NCBI GenBank assembly: GCA_965199955.1
Contig: CBDATQ010000001.1
Span: 896,001 to 960,000 of the forward strand
Reading direction: 5' to 3'
Source: Spirochaetia bacterium
GTDB taxonomy: Bacteria > Spirochaetota > Spirochaetia > SZUA-6 > Bin103
Length of the DNA stretch: 64,000 nt
Made by a program: the position numbers and the translations under genes. Positions 45,098 to 57,352 of this stretch are shown piece after piece (the first letter of the stretch is position 1; the number at the start of each line of letters is the position of its first letter). The notes below the pieces were generated by a model. That model was not told where the DNA came from and made no database searches. It saw only the letters and a program-made list of their open reading frames with translations.

Positions 45098-45412
45098 GTG
45101 AACGAGAGACACGGGCGCGAGTATTGGAGCCAGCAGGTTGCCGAGTGGCGGAGCAGCGGCCTGTCGAGGAAGGCGTACTGCGAGCGGCATGGCCTGCGGT
45201 ATTCGTCGCTGTGCCGGTGGGCGGGCAAGTTGAGGCAGTCCTCGGCGCCGGAGAGTCAGCGACTGGTCGAACTGGGGCAGCGCGGCGGCGGTGCCGAGCC
45301 GGGCGCGACGATCGAGCTGGTGGTCGGCCAGCGGTACGTGCTGAGGCTGAGGCGGTCGGTGCGGGCTACCGATCTGCGCGAAGTACTGGCGGCGCTGGAG
45401 GGCGAGCGGTGA
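45098..45412 (+). CDS. tnpA: IS66 accessory protein TnpA
   Basis: W...VAEWRSSGLSRKAYCERHGL...W. Confidence 0.75.
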   Translation: MNERHGREYWSQQVAEWRSSGLSRKAYCERHGLRYSSLCRWAGKLRQSSAPESQRLVELGQRGGGAEPGATIELVVGQRYVLRLRRSVRATDLREVLAALEGER

Positions 45413-46709
45413 TCCGGGTGGAGCTGGGCGCGGCGCGGATCATCGTACGGCCCGGGGCGACCGATATGCGCAAGCAGATCAACGGGCTGGTAGTGCTGGT
45501 GCAGGAGCAGATGGACGCGAAACTTCGGGAGCTGAACAAGAAGCTGGATCTCTACGAAGAACAGGTGGAGTGGTTCAAGAACAAGCTGTATGGACGCGGT
45601 ACCGAACACAGAGCCGACAGCCCATCGCCGGACGATGAGCCGTCCGCTGCCGCAGGCGCTGCCGCGGATCGAGCAGGTCATCGACCTGCCCGAGCAGGAC
45701 AAGCAGTGTGAGTGTGGCCACCCCCTGGTGCGCATCGGCGAGGACACCTGCGAGAAGCTCGACGTGATCCCGCCGCAGGTACGGGTGATCCGCACGGTGC
45801 GGCCCAAGTACGCCTGTCATCACTGCGAAGGCTCCGGCGACGAAGAGCATCCGGCGGTGCGGATCGCGCCGCCGCCGGCGGCGCTGATCCCGAAGGGGCT
45901 GGCCTCGGAGGGGCTGGCCTCGGAGGGATTGCTGGCGTTTGTCGCCACGGCGAAGTTCTGCGACGCGCTGCCTCTGTACCGCCAGGAGCGGCAGTTCGCG
46001 CGCCTCGGCGTCGAGCTGTCGCGGCGCACGATGTCGGACTGGATGATCGCTGCCGCCACAGCCTGCCAGGCGCCGATGGACGACGGCTACGCGCGCCCGT
46101 GTGCGCAGCCCGGCATCGTGCACGTGGGCTTGGGCGCACGTGCGGCGAGCGTTCAAGGAGGCAGCCGACGCGCTGGGCAAGGTGTCCAGCCGGGCCGCAG
46201 CGGCGCTGCATGCGCTGGGGTTCATCGCCAAGCTGTACCGCGCCGAGTCGGAACTGTCGAAGTACCGCGATAAGGACCCTGAGCGGTTCGTGGCCGCGCG
46301 GCGCGCACGGGTGGAGCCGGTGCTGGCGAAGTTCCACGGCTGGCTGCAGGAGAAACGCGACCAGGTGCTGCCCGGCTCGGCGCTCGGCAAGGCGGTGGCC
46401 TTCGCGCTCAGCGAGTGGCCGAAGCTGATCCGCTATCTGGACCACCCGCAGATGAGCCCGGACAACAACGCCTGCGAACAGGCGATCCGGCCGTTCGTGG
46501 TGGGCCGCAAGAACTGGCTGTTTTCCGGCAGCCCGCGCGGAGCCGAGGCGAGCGCGATCCTGTACAGCCTGATCGAGACCGCCAAGGCCAACCGGCGCGA
46601 GCCGTACTGGTATCTGCGCGAGCTGTTCGAGAGGCTGCCGCATGCGCGCACCCGCGCCGACTACCTCTCGCTCCTGCCGACTGCGCGTCCACCGCCGCCG
46701 GCTTCATAG
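45409..46709 (+). pseudogene. IS66 tnpB-tnpC relic with deletions and frameshifts
   Basis: tnpB N-terminus fused to the tnpC coiled coil; tnpC split over several frames; 15-bp tandem duplication AGGGGCTGGCCTCGG at 45894-45923. Confidence 0.85.
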
Positions 46710-47087
46710 AGCCTGGTTTCGCCGGTCGCTTACCCAGGGGCTGCAGCGAGCCGCCGAGTTGATCGCGGAGGACTGGGAGCGGATGGTGAGCTACTACGGG
46801 TATCCACGAGCTCACTGGCGGCACCTGCGGACGACCAACGTGATCGAGTCGCCGTTCGCGGCGCTGAGGTTACGGACCGATGCGGCGAAGCGATTCATGA
46901 AGGTAGCCAACGCCACCGCCGTGATCTGGAAGATGCTGTTGGTGGCCGAGACGAAGTTCCGGAAGCTGAACGCGCCGGAGCTACTTCAAGATGTGTGGGT
47001 GGGAGCCGAGTACCGAGACGGAATTCGAATCGAAGATCAGGAGCGGGACGCTGCCTGACTCGTTTACACACCTATTGACAGGACCTC

Positions 47088-47222
47088 GAATTGTTAGTAG
47101 ACAGAGTCATCAAGAACGATCTGGAATCGCGGACGCTGGTGGAAATCCGAGACCATTTTCTCTCGAAATTCATTACCGGTGAACTTCGCGTTCTGCCAGA
47201 AGTGAACGGGAGGGAGCGCGAC
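47088..47222 (+). pseudogene. hsdS: hsdS 3' remainder
   Basis: ELLVDRVIKNDLESRTLVEIRDHFLSKFITGELRV matches the HsdS C-terminal SRTLA.LRD.LLPKLISGELRV; rejoins the 5' part in frame when the IS is removed. Confidence 0.85.
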
Positions 47223-48044
47223 ATGAGTACGCTCACTCGTAATGATAGGCGTTACCTTGAGAAGATTCTGGAAATGGATTATGGTTACGTATTGAACTAC
47301 TCTGACGCGACGTACGACGAGGTCTTCCGTCGTCATGGAGTGGAGATCCACGCAGAGCGGTTCCAAACTTACGGGACATCGAAGGCCAAGAAGATGCGGT
47401 CTTTTTGGGACCAGGAGCCAGATGCGCTGGTCGCGACTGTGCTTGGAGACATGCTCGACGAGTACGAGGTCGATTGCGATCTCGAAGGGGGGCAGGTCGA
47501 CGCTTCCTTGTTGGAGAAATCCCGCGGTATCCTTGCAAGGCTCAGTGGGCGAGAAACGAAAGGCGACCCGGAAGGGGGCGTTGAACGGTTTCTGGGCATG
47601 GAGTTCGCGATACCGAATGTTCGCAATTTGCCGATTGAAGATGCAGTCGTGCCGATCGTGGAAAGCCGGTTAGACGAGGCTCAGAGGGCGCTGCGCGTGG
47701 GAGCGTATCTTTCGGTGGTAGTGCTATGCGGCAGTATTCTTGAAGCCGTGCTGCTCGGAAAGGCTCTTCGAGAGCCCGGTCGGTTCAATTCGGCGGGCCC
47801 AAGATCAGGCGGCAAAGTCAAGAAATTCGGCGACTGGACACTGGCGAACTTCATCGATGTCGCGAGCGAGGTCGGTGTGCTGAAGGCGGATGTGCAGAAA
47901 TTTAGCCACGGATTGAGGGACTTCCGGAACTACATCCATCCGTATCAACAGATCAGTTCGGGCTTTACGCCGGACGAACACACGGCAAAGGTGTGTTTTC
48001 AGGTACTGAGGGCGGCGCTCGCAAGCGTCGCAGGCGAGAGGTGA
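47223..48044 (+). CDS. AbiJ-like N-terminal domain + HEPN-like C-terminal domain protein
   Basis: GYVLNYSD..Y...F...GTSKAKKMRSFW N-domain; CGSILEAVL...LRDFRNYIHP C-domain; SD-like GGAGGGAG; lower GC than flanks. Confidence 0.65.
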   Translation: MSTLTRNDRRYLEKILEMDYGYVLNYSDATYDEVFRRHGVEIHAERFQTYGTSKAKKMRSFWDQEPDALVATVLGDMLDEYEVDCDLEGGQVDASLLEKSRGILARLSGRETKGDPEGGVERFLGMEFAIPNVRNLPIEDAVVPIVESRLDEAQRALRVGAYLSVVVLCGSILEAVLLGKALREPGRFNSAGPRSGGKVKKFGDWTLANFIDVASEVGVLKADVQKFSHGLRDFRNYIHPYQQISSGFTPDEHTAKVCFQVLRAALASVAGER

Positions 48045-48262
48045 AAGGGGTGGATAGCGACGCGGGCCAAGCGAAGTGGCGTCGGGCTGCACGGGAAGCC
48101 GACGGTATAGGAGTCACTTCGCTCGCATCCGACATGGCGGTGGACGTAGTGGCAGTCGAATACGTCGCTTGCGACGGCCCATCGGCGGCGCTCAGGCTCG
48201 TGTGATCGACTTTGGTGGGTTGTGCGGATGACGATCGAAGGCATCTTCGTTGGAGAATTCTC

Positions 48263-48443
48263 ATGACGGCGACTCTCCTCACTGGACGGATCAGAAGGAA
48301 GGGTTGTCCCTGGCGTACGCCAAGGCGCTGGCCGTGCGTGCGGGATTCTCGACCTCGGTGCCGGAGCCGGACCGTGACAGCGTCGATCTGCGAATCATGG
48401 CGCACGGTCTCCGTCGTCCGGCCCTCGATCTGCAGTTGAAGAA
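48263..48443 (+). pseudogene. N-terminal relic of DUF4365-like PD-(D/E)xK protein
   Basis: QKEGLSLAYAKALAVRAGF...DRDSVDL...LDLQLK, frameshifted start, truncated. Confidence 0.7.
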
Positions 48444-48605
48444 TACACCCACCCGTCGGCGCGGCTGAAGCAACTCCCCGGCTACCGGAAGGCCCGCGAC
48501 GGCGCGGCTCTTGCCGAGCGCATCGGGTTGGACTGCATGCGCAGGGAGTGTGCCCACTTCGGTGAGTGGCTCACCCGGCTGGAATCCCTGCCCGAGCTGG
48601 GGTAG
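48444..48605 (+). pseudogene. C-terminal relic of DUF4276-like protein
   Basis: THPSARLKQLPGYRKARDG..LAERIGLDCMRRECAHFGEWLTRLESL*. Confidence 0.7.
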
Positions 48606-48608
48606 TCG

Positions 48609-51755
<3,147 letters not shown>

Positions 51756-51850
51756 GTCAACGCCGCGCCGTCAAGGAGGAACAGCGATCGCTCTCCTCCG
51801 GACTTCATGCTCCAGTTCAAGCGTAGTAAGGTGGCTGAAGCGTAAGTACG

Positions 51851-51976
51851 GTGGTAGTGAGGATCACAGCGAAGCGACAGGTGACCTTTCCTGCGGCAGT
51901 GTTGGAGGCGCTCGGCGTGGCGCCGGGTGACCGGCTCGAGTTGCAGGAAGGCTCCGACGGCTTCCCAGAGCAGTGA
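51851..51976 (+). pseudogene. AbrB/MazE-type antitoxin N-terminal relic (41 aa)
   Basis: VRITAKRQVTFPAAVLEALGVAPGDRLEL; no cognate toxin; stop overlaps the next ATG. Confidence 0.7.
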
Positions 51977-53109
51977 TGAGCGACATCTCGGGCGAGCGGA
52001 TCACCCGGATCGAGAGGATCGGGGTGCGCAGCCGGCGGCCTCGGGACATCGGCTTCAATTCGCGCAAGGGTGCGCACGGCATGGTGGTGCACGACTTGGT
52101 GGTGCGCGTGCACACCGCGAGCGGCGCGGTGGGCGTCGGTTGGTCGGGGTTGGAGCGGGCGAAGGCCGAGTCCCTGGTGGGGCGCGGCCTTGGGGAGCTG
52201 TTCCGGTTGCCGGGCGGCTCGCTGGGGGAAGGGGTTGCGATCGACCTGCCGCTGTGGGACCTCGCCGCCAGGCTGCAGGGCGTGCCGCTGTATCGGCTGC
52301 TGGGCGCCCGCGGGAGTCGCGCCGTCGAGCTCTATGACGGCTCCATCTACATCGACGACCTGGAGGCCGACGATGCGCAGGCGCAGGAGGTCTTTCGCGA
52401 AGAGGTGCGCACCGGGCACCGCTACGGGTACCGGAACTTCAAGATCAAGATCGGGCGCGGCGCGCGCTGGATGCCGACCGCCGCCGGGCTGGCGCGCGAC
52501 CTGTTGGTGATCCACACGGTGCGCGAGGCAGGCGGTCCCGACGCGAAGATCATGGTGGACGCCAACAACGGCGGTACCCTCAACAGCACCAAGGACACTC
52601 TCGACGCGTGCGCCGACGCCGGCATCTACTGGTTCGAGGAGCCGTTCGCGGAGGATCCCGAGCTCAACGCCGACTTGCGCCGGTTCATCCGTGAGCGCGG
52701 CTACCCGACCCTGGTGGCCGACGGCGAGTCGGGGCCGCCGCCTCCCGGCTTCTTCTCCATGGTGGAGGACGGGGACATCGACGTGGTGCAGCACGACTTC
52801 CGTGCCGAGGGGCTCTCCTGGTGGAAAGCGACCGCCGCGCGCATCGAGCCGTGGGGCGCGCGCTGCGCTCCGCACTGCTGGGGATCGATCGTCGAGCGCT
52901 ACGCGCACGCCCACTTCGCGGCGTCGGTGCCGAACTTCGCGCTGCTGGAGGCGGCGCCGGCCGACACCGAGGGGCTGCTGCTGGACGGCTGGGAGCAGCG
53001 CGACGGCACGCTGCTGGTGCCGGACACGCCCGGCACCGGCTTCGACCTGGAGCCGGAGCTGATCGAGCGCGGCGTGCGCGCCGGCGACGGCTACCGCGTG
53101 GAGGCGTGA
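51976..53109 (+). CDS. mandelate racemase/muconate-lactonizing (enolase superfamily) enzyme
   Basis: IDLPLWDL, FKIKIG, MVDAN, WFEEP, ADGE, APHCWG, PGTG. Confidence 0.9.
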   Translation: MSDISGERITRIERIGVRSRRPRDIGFNSRKGAHGMVVHDLVVRVHTASGAVGVGWSGLERAKAESLVGRGLGELFRLPGGSLGEGVAIDLPLWDLAARLQGVPLYRLLGARGSRAVELYDGSIYIDDLEADDAQAQEVFREEVRTGHRYGYRNFKIKIGRGARWMPTAAGLARDLLVIHTVREAGGPDAKIMVDANNGGTLNSTKDTLDACADAGIYWFEEPFAEDPELNADLRRFIRERGYPTLVADGESGPPPPGFFSMVEDGDIDVVQHDFRAEGLSWWKATAARIEPWGARCAPHCWGSIVERYAHAHFAASVPNFALLEAAPADTEGLLLDGWEQRDGTLLVPDTPGTGFDLEPELIERGVRAGDGYRVEA

Positions 53110-53110
53110 C

Positions 53111-54172
53111 GTGAAGATCCTGGTGACCGGCTCCAACGGGCGCATCGGCGCCAACCTGGTGCGCCGTCTGCTGCGCCAGGGTCACGAGATCCGCGGATTC
53201 GTGTTTCCCGGCGACGCCAGCCGGGCGCACAAGCTGGACGGCATCGCGGACGTCGAGCTGGTGGAGGGCGACCTGCGCGACTACGCCGCCGTCGAGCGGG
53301 CGGTACAGGGGGTGGACGCCGTGTATCACATCGCCGCCGCCTTCGCCTCGCCGCACGACCACGTCGAGTACCTGCAGATCAACGGGCTGGGGACCCTGCA
53401 CGTGCTGGAGGCGATCCGTGCCCACGCGCCGGGGCTGCATCGCCTGGTATACGCCTGCACGGAGGCGGTGTACTGGCGTACCGAAGACGACGGCCGCCTG
53501 TTCGAGCGGCCGATCCGGGAGGACGAGGTCAGCCCCCGCATCGAGATGCCCTACTTCCTGACCAAGTGGATCGGCGAGGAGCTGTGCATGAACTACCACC
53601 ACCAGTACGGGGTGCCGACCGTCGTGTGCCGCTTCACCACGGTGCTGGAGCCGAGCGAGCTTCTCGACGAGGAGGGCATTCCCCGGACCTGGAGCGTGGC
53701 CCGCGCCCGCCGGCAGTTGCAGGGGCTGTCCAATCCTTCGCCGGCGGCCCGGGAGGCCCTGCGGCAGCTCGATGCGGCGTGGAAGGAAGGCAAGCGCCTG
53801 CTGGTCAGCCGCTGTCCCGACGGGCGCTCGTTCAAGCAGGAGTGGGCGGACGTGCGCGACATTGCCAAGGGCCTGGCGCTTGCGCTGGAGGCCGAGGCCG
53901 CCGTGGGCGAGGCGTTCACCCTGGGCGGGCTGCTCACCGTGTGGGAGGAGCTGGTTCCGGCGCTGGCCGAGCGACTGGGCGCGGGCTATGCGGACGTACG
54001 CATGCCGTCACCGAACTACTTCGAGTTCGACCACACCAAGGTGCGCGAGCTCCTGGGCTACGCCCCCGATCACGACTTCTGGAGCACGCTGGACACGGCG
54101 CTGGCCATCCGCGCCGGCCGCCAGACCGACGTGGTCCCCACCGGCGTCCGCTACGGCGCCGCCGACTCGTAG
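53111..54172 (+). CDS. NAD-dependent epimerase/dehydratase
   Basis: ILVTGSNGRIG, YFLTK, DVRD. Confidence 0.88.
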   Translation: MKILVTGSNGRIGANLVRRLLRQGHEIRGFVFPGDASRAHKLDGIADVELVEGDLRDYAAVERAVQGVDAVYHIAAAFASPHDHVEYLQINGLGTLHVLEAIRAHAPGLHRLVYACTEAVYWRTEDDGRLFERPIREDEVSPRIEMPYFLTKWIGEELCMNYHHQYGVPTVVCRFTTVLEPSELLDEEGIPRTWSVARARRQLQGLSNPSPAAREALRQLDAAWKEGKRLLVSRCPDGRSFKQEWADVRDIAKGLALALEAEAAVGEAFTLGGLLTVWEELVPALAERLGAGYADVRMPSPNYFEFDHTKVRELLGYAPDHDFWSTLDTALAIRAGRQTDVVPTGVRYGAADS

Positions 54173-54178
54173 CCCGGC

Positions 54179-54355
54179 TTAGAACTCGCGGGCGTTGCCG
54201 GACATGTCGTACAGCCCGAGCTCGTTCGTCGCTTTCGGCCCACCGGTTGCGTGCTGTTGTCGCTGTTCTCGCAGTACCAGGCGACCTCGGCCCAGTCGCT
54301 GCTCCCCGCGTACGGGCGACCCCGGACCATCTGCCCGCCCCGCGCGGCGTATTCC
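54179..54355 (-). pseudogene. internal relic of FGE-sulfatase (SUMF1/EgtB/PvdO) domain gene
   Basis: EYAARGG...YAGS...VAWYCENS..TQPVGRK[frameshift]NELGLYDMSGNARE. Confidence 0.75.
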
Positions 54356-54600
54356 TCAACAGCCGCGACCGGCTGTACGCGATCGATGCCGCCACCGGTG
54401 AGCTGGACCCGGGCTTCGGCGAGAGACACCCCCCAACCGCTGAACGGCGGCGGCCTGGTCGGGAACGGCTGCGTCGGATAGAGCACCTCACCCGGCACGT
54501 CCGTCGCAGTGTCCACCGCGCGCGCTACGGACGGCAGTTCGTCGTCGCGACGGGCGAAGGACCGGAGGCCGCGCTCGTCGCCTTCGCGCGACCGGAGTAG
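54348..54600 (+). pseudogene. multiply deleted relic of PQQ-dependent dehydrogenase
   Basis: VFLNSRDRLYAIDAATGELDPGFG and C-terminal GRQFVVATG...LVAFARP*. Confidence 0.6.
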
Positions 54601-54649
54601 CCAGGGAGCGTCATCCGACCCCGCCGCCTTCCGTGCACAATCGGCATCC

Positions 54650-57337
54650 ATGGGCGTGCGACTGACGCCGGCCGGTCATCTGCGCTGGGAAGCGGACCCC
54701 GCGGCGGAGGAACCCGCGGCCGCTCTGGGTCCGGTGCTGGACGCCTTTCGGAGCGACTGGCGTGGCGCGCTCTTCACCTTGGCGGCGGAGAAGCTGCCGG
54801 CGCAGGAGATCCCCGGCCTGCGCTACTGGCAGCAGATTGCGGAGCACTACCTGACCGGGCTCTGCCACCGGCCCGCGGGCGCCGGGCAGGCGGCGGTCGA
54901 GCCGCCGGGCGACGCGCTCCTCTCCACCTGGGTCCTGAACGCTCCGCCGATGGAGGGAGGCGAGTATCTCTCGGCGGACCTCCTGCAGCGCCTGTGGGAG
55001 CAGCTCGAGGCGTGGGTGCGGGACGCCGCCGCCTCCGCGGGCGGCGTGGCCAACCTGCTGCGCGCGCGGGCGCCGCGCTGGCGGCAGGTGGGACGGGTCT
55101 GCTTCCATCTCGCGGAGAACACGAACGACGAGGAGCGGCCGTTCGCGTTCCTGGCCACCTACGCCTCCGGCTTCGGCGCCGGGGGACGCCTCAAGCACCG
55201 GCCGCTGCGCAGCGCCCTGCAGCAGTACGCCGGGGCGAAGAACCGGACGGCGCTGATCAACCTGCTGTCGCCGGTGGAGGAGGCGGCCAGGGCGTGCGAC
55301 TGGGTGCGGGAGCTGGCCGATTCCGGCGACCTCTACCGCCCGCTGGCCTGGCCGCCCGAGCATGCCTATCGCTTCCTGCAGAGCGTGCCGGAACTGGAGC
55401 GCAGCGGCCTCTCGGTGCAGGTCCCGAACTGGTGGCGCAAGCGGCAGCGGCCGCAGGTGTCGGTGACGATCGGCAGTACGACGCCGCCTCGGGTGGGCGC
55501 CGACGCGGTGCTGGATTTCAAGGTCGAGGTCTCCGTGGGCGACAGCCCGTTGTCGGCCGAGGAGCTGGAGGCGCTGCGCAGCGCCGGCGACGGCCTGGTG
55601 CTGATCCGCAACCAGTGGGTGGAGGTGGACCGCGAGCGGCTGGGGCAGGCGATCGCGCACTGGGAGGCGCTGCAGCGCCATGCCGGCGGCGACGAAATCT
55701 CGTTCATCGAGGGCATGCGCCTGCTGGCGGGGGCGTCGGCGGACCTGCGGCAGGAGGACCTGACCGAGGACGAGCGGCCCTGGGTGCACGTGACGGCCGG
55801 CGCCGCCCTGCGCGCGCTGCTGGACGGGCTGCGCCGGCCCGACAGCCTGCAGCGGCTCGACTCGGCGGTCGCCGCAACCCTGCATGGCACGCTGCGGCCC
55901 TATCAGCGCGAGGGGCTGGCGTGGCTGCACTTCGTCACCGGGTTGGGACTCGGCGCCTGCCTGGCCGACGACATGGGGCTGGGCAAGACCATTCAGGTGC
56001 TGGCGCTGCTGCTGTGCGACCCTGCCGGCGGCGACGGCCGGCCACGGCAGCCGGCGCTGCTGGTGGTGCCGGCGTCGCTGCTCGGCAACTGGCGCGCGGA
56101 GGCGGATCGGTTCGCGCCGTCGCTGAGGCTCTGCTTCCTGCATCCGGCCGAGACCGACCGGCAGACGCTGGACGAGATCGCCGCCGCGCCGGAGGAACGC
56201 CTGGCCGACGCCGACATGGCGATCACCACCTACGCCATGCTGGTGCGTCAGACGTGGCTCGCGGAGCTCCACTGGCGGCTGGTGATCCTGGACGAGGCGC
56301 AGACGATCAGGAATCCGGCGACGCGCCAGAGCCGCGCGGCCCGGAAGCTGGCGGCGGATGCCCGCATCGCCCTGACCGGGACGCCGGTGGAGAACCGGCT
56401 GGGCGATCTGTGGGCGCTGTTCGACTTCCTCAATCCGGGCCTGCTCGGCTCGCGCACCGCGTTCGGGACCTTCGTCAAGGCGCTTCAGGCGCGGCCCGAG
56501 CAGCCCTTCGCGCCGCTGCGGCGGCTGGTGAGCCCCTACATCCTGCGCCGGCTGAAGACCGACCGCAGCATCATCGCCGACCTGCCCGACAAGACCGAGA
56601 CCGACCGCTACTGCCACCTGACCCGGGCGCAGGTCAGGCTCTACGAGCACGTGGTGCAGACGCTGCAGCGCGCCCTGGAGTCCAGCGAGGGGATCGAGCG
56701 CCGCGGACTGGTGCTCGGTTCGCTGCTGCGCCTCAAGCAGGTCTGCAACCATCCCAGCCAGCTCTCCGGTGACGGCGAGTACGCTCCGGCGGCCAGCGGC
56801 AAGTTCCTGCGGCTGGCCGAGCTCTGCGAGGAGCTCGCCGCGCGCCAGGAGCGCGTGCTGATCTTCACCCAGTACCGCGAGATCATCGATCCGCTGGCCG
56901 AGTACGCCGCGGCCCTGTTCGGCCGCGCCGGGCTGGTGCTGCACGGCGGGACGGGAGTCGCGGAGCGCCGCGACGTCGTGGAGCGATTCCAGGCGGGTGA
57001 CGGGCCGCCGTTCCTGATCCTGTCGCTCAAGGCCGGCGGCACCGGCCTGAACCTGACCGCCGCGTCGCACGTCATTCACTTCGACCGCTGGTGGAACCCG
57101 GCGGTGGAGAACCAGGCCACCGACCGCGCCTTTCGCATCGGCCAGCGGCGCAACGTGCTGGTCCACAAGTTCATCACCCGCGGCACCGTCGAGGAACGGA
57201 TCGACGCCATGATCGCCGACAAGCGGCACCTGGCCGAGGACGTGCTCGGCGGCGAGCAGGAGGTGAACGTTACCGAGCTATCCGACGACGAGTTGCTCGA
57301 CCTGGTCCGGCTCGACGTGAACAGCGCCGCGCTATAG
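54650..57337 (+). CDS. SNF2-family helicase/ATPase
   Basis: LRPYQ, LADDMGLGKT, DEAQ, TGTPVENR, DRWWNPAVENQATDRAFRIGQ. Confidence 0.95.
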   Translation: MGVRLTPAGHLRWEADPAAEEPAAALGPVLDAFRSDWRGALFTLAAEKLPAQEIPGLRYWQQIAEHYLTGLCHRPAGAGQAAVEPPGDALLSTWVLNAPPMEGGEYLSADLLQRLWEQLEAWVRDAAASAGGVANLLRARAPRWRQVGRVCFHLAENTNDEERPFAFLATYASGFGAGGRLKHRPLRSALQQYAGAKNRTALINLLSPVEEAARACDWVRELADSGDLYRPLAWPPEHAYRFLQSVPELERSGLSVQVPNWWRKRQRPQVSVTIGSTTPPRVGADAVLDFKVEVSVGDSPLSAEELEALRSAGDGLVLIRNQWVEVDRERLGQAIAHWEALQRHAGGDEISFIEGMRLLAGASADLRQEDLTEDERPWVHVTAGAALRALLDGLRRPDSLQRLDSAVAATLHGTLRPYQREGLAWLHFVTGLGLGACLADDMGLGKTIQVLALLLCDPAGGDGRPRQPALLVVPASLLGNWRAEADRFAPSLRLCFLHPAETDRQTLDEIAAAPEERLADADMAITTYAMLVRQTWLAELHWRLVILDEAQTIRNPATRQSRAARKLAADARIALTGTPVENRLGDLWALFDFLNPGLLGSRTAFGTFVKALQARPEQPFAPLRRLVSPYILRRLKTDRSIIADLPDKTETDRYCHLTRAQVRLYEHVVQTLQRALESSEGIERRGLVLGSLLRLKQVCNHPSQLSGDGEYAPAASGKFLRLAELCEELAARQERVLIFTQYREIIDPLAEYAAALFGRAGLVLHGGTGVAERRDVVERFQAGDGPPFLILSLKAGGTGLNLTAASHVIHFDRWWNPAVENQATDRAFRIGQRRNVLVHKFITRGTVEERIDAMIADKRHLAEDVLGGEQEVNVTELSDDELLDLVRLDVNSAAL

Positions 57338-57352
57338 GTTCTGGTGGCGTCC

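Larger units (their letters stand above)
45024..46733 (+). mobile_element. IS66-family element (defective) nested in IS256
   Basis: Ends GTAAGCG...CGCTTAC; tnpA, truncated tnpB (DMRKQINGL), tnpC pieces (KFCDALPLYRQ, DNNACEQAIRP..VGRKNWLF, YSLIETAK). Confidence 0.9.
44462..47087 (+). mobile_element. IS256-family element (defective) inserted in hsdS
   Basis: 28-bp terminal IRs (23/28 match, 44462-44489 and 47060-47087); 8-bp TSD GAATTGTT at 44454-44461 and 47088-47095; transposase fragments RNGYGKPR, LYLHGLA and LRTTNVIES. Confidence 0.93.

Noticed and set aside
45016..46741. Target-site duplication for IS66
   Set aside because: The 8-bp flanks differ; none present.
47091..47222. Treating 47091-48044 as an ordinary single gene starting at TTG
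   Set aside because: The first 44 codons are the HsdS C-terminus and the TTG lies in the IS target duplication.
48041..48205. Short GTG ORF overlapping the HEPN-like gene stop
   Set aside because: No recognisable family; cannot be supported as a gene.
54179..54355. Possible DGR target or template (FGE-type C-lectin fold)
   Set aside because: No reverse transcriptase and no second adenine-variant copy seen in the window; the fragment is frameshifted.
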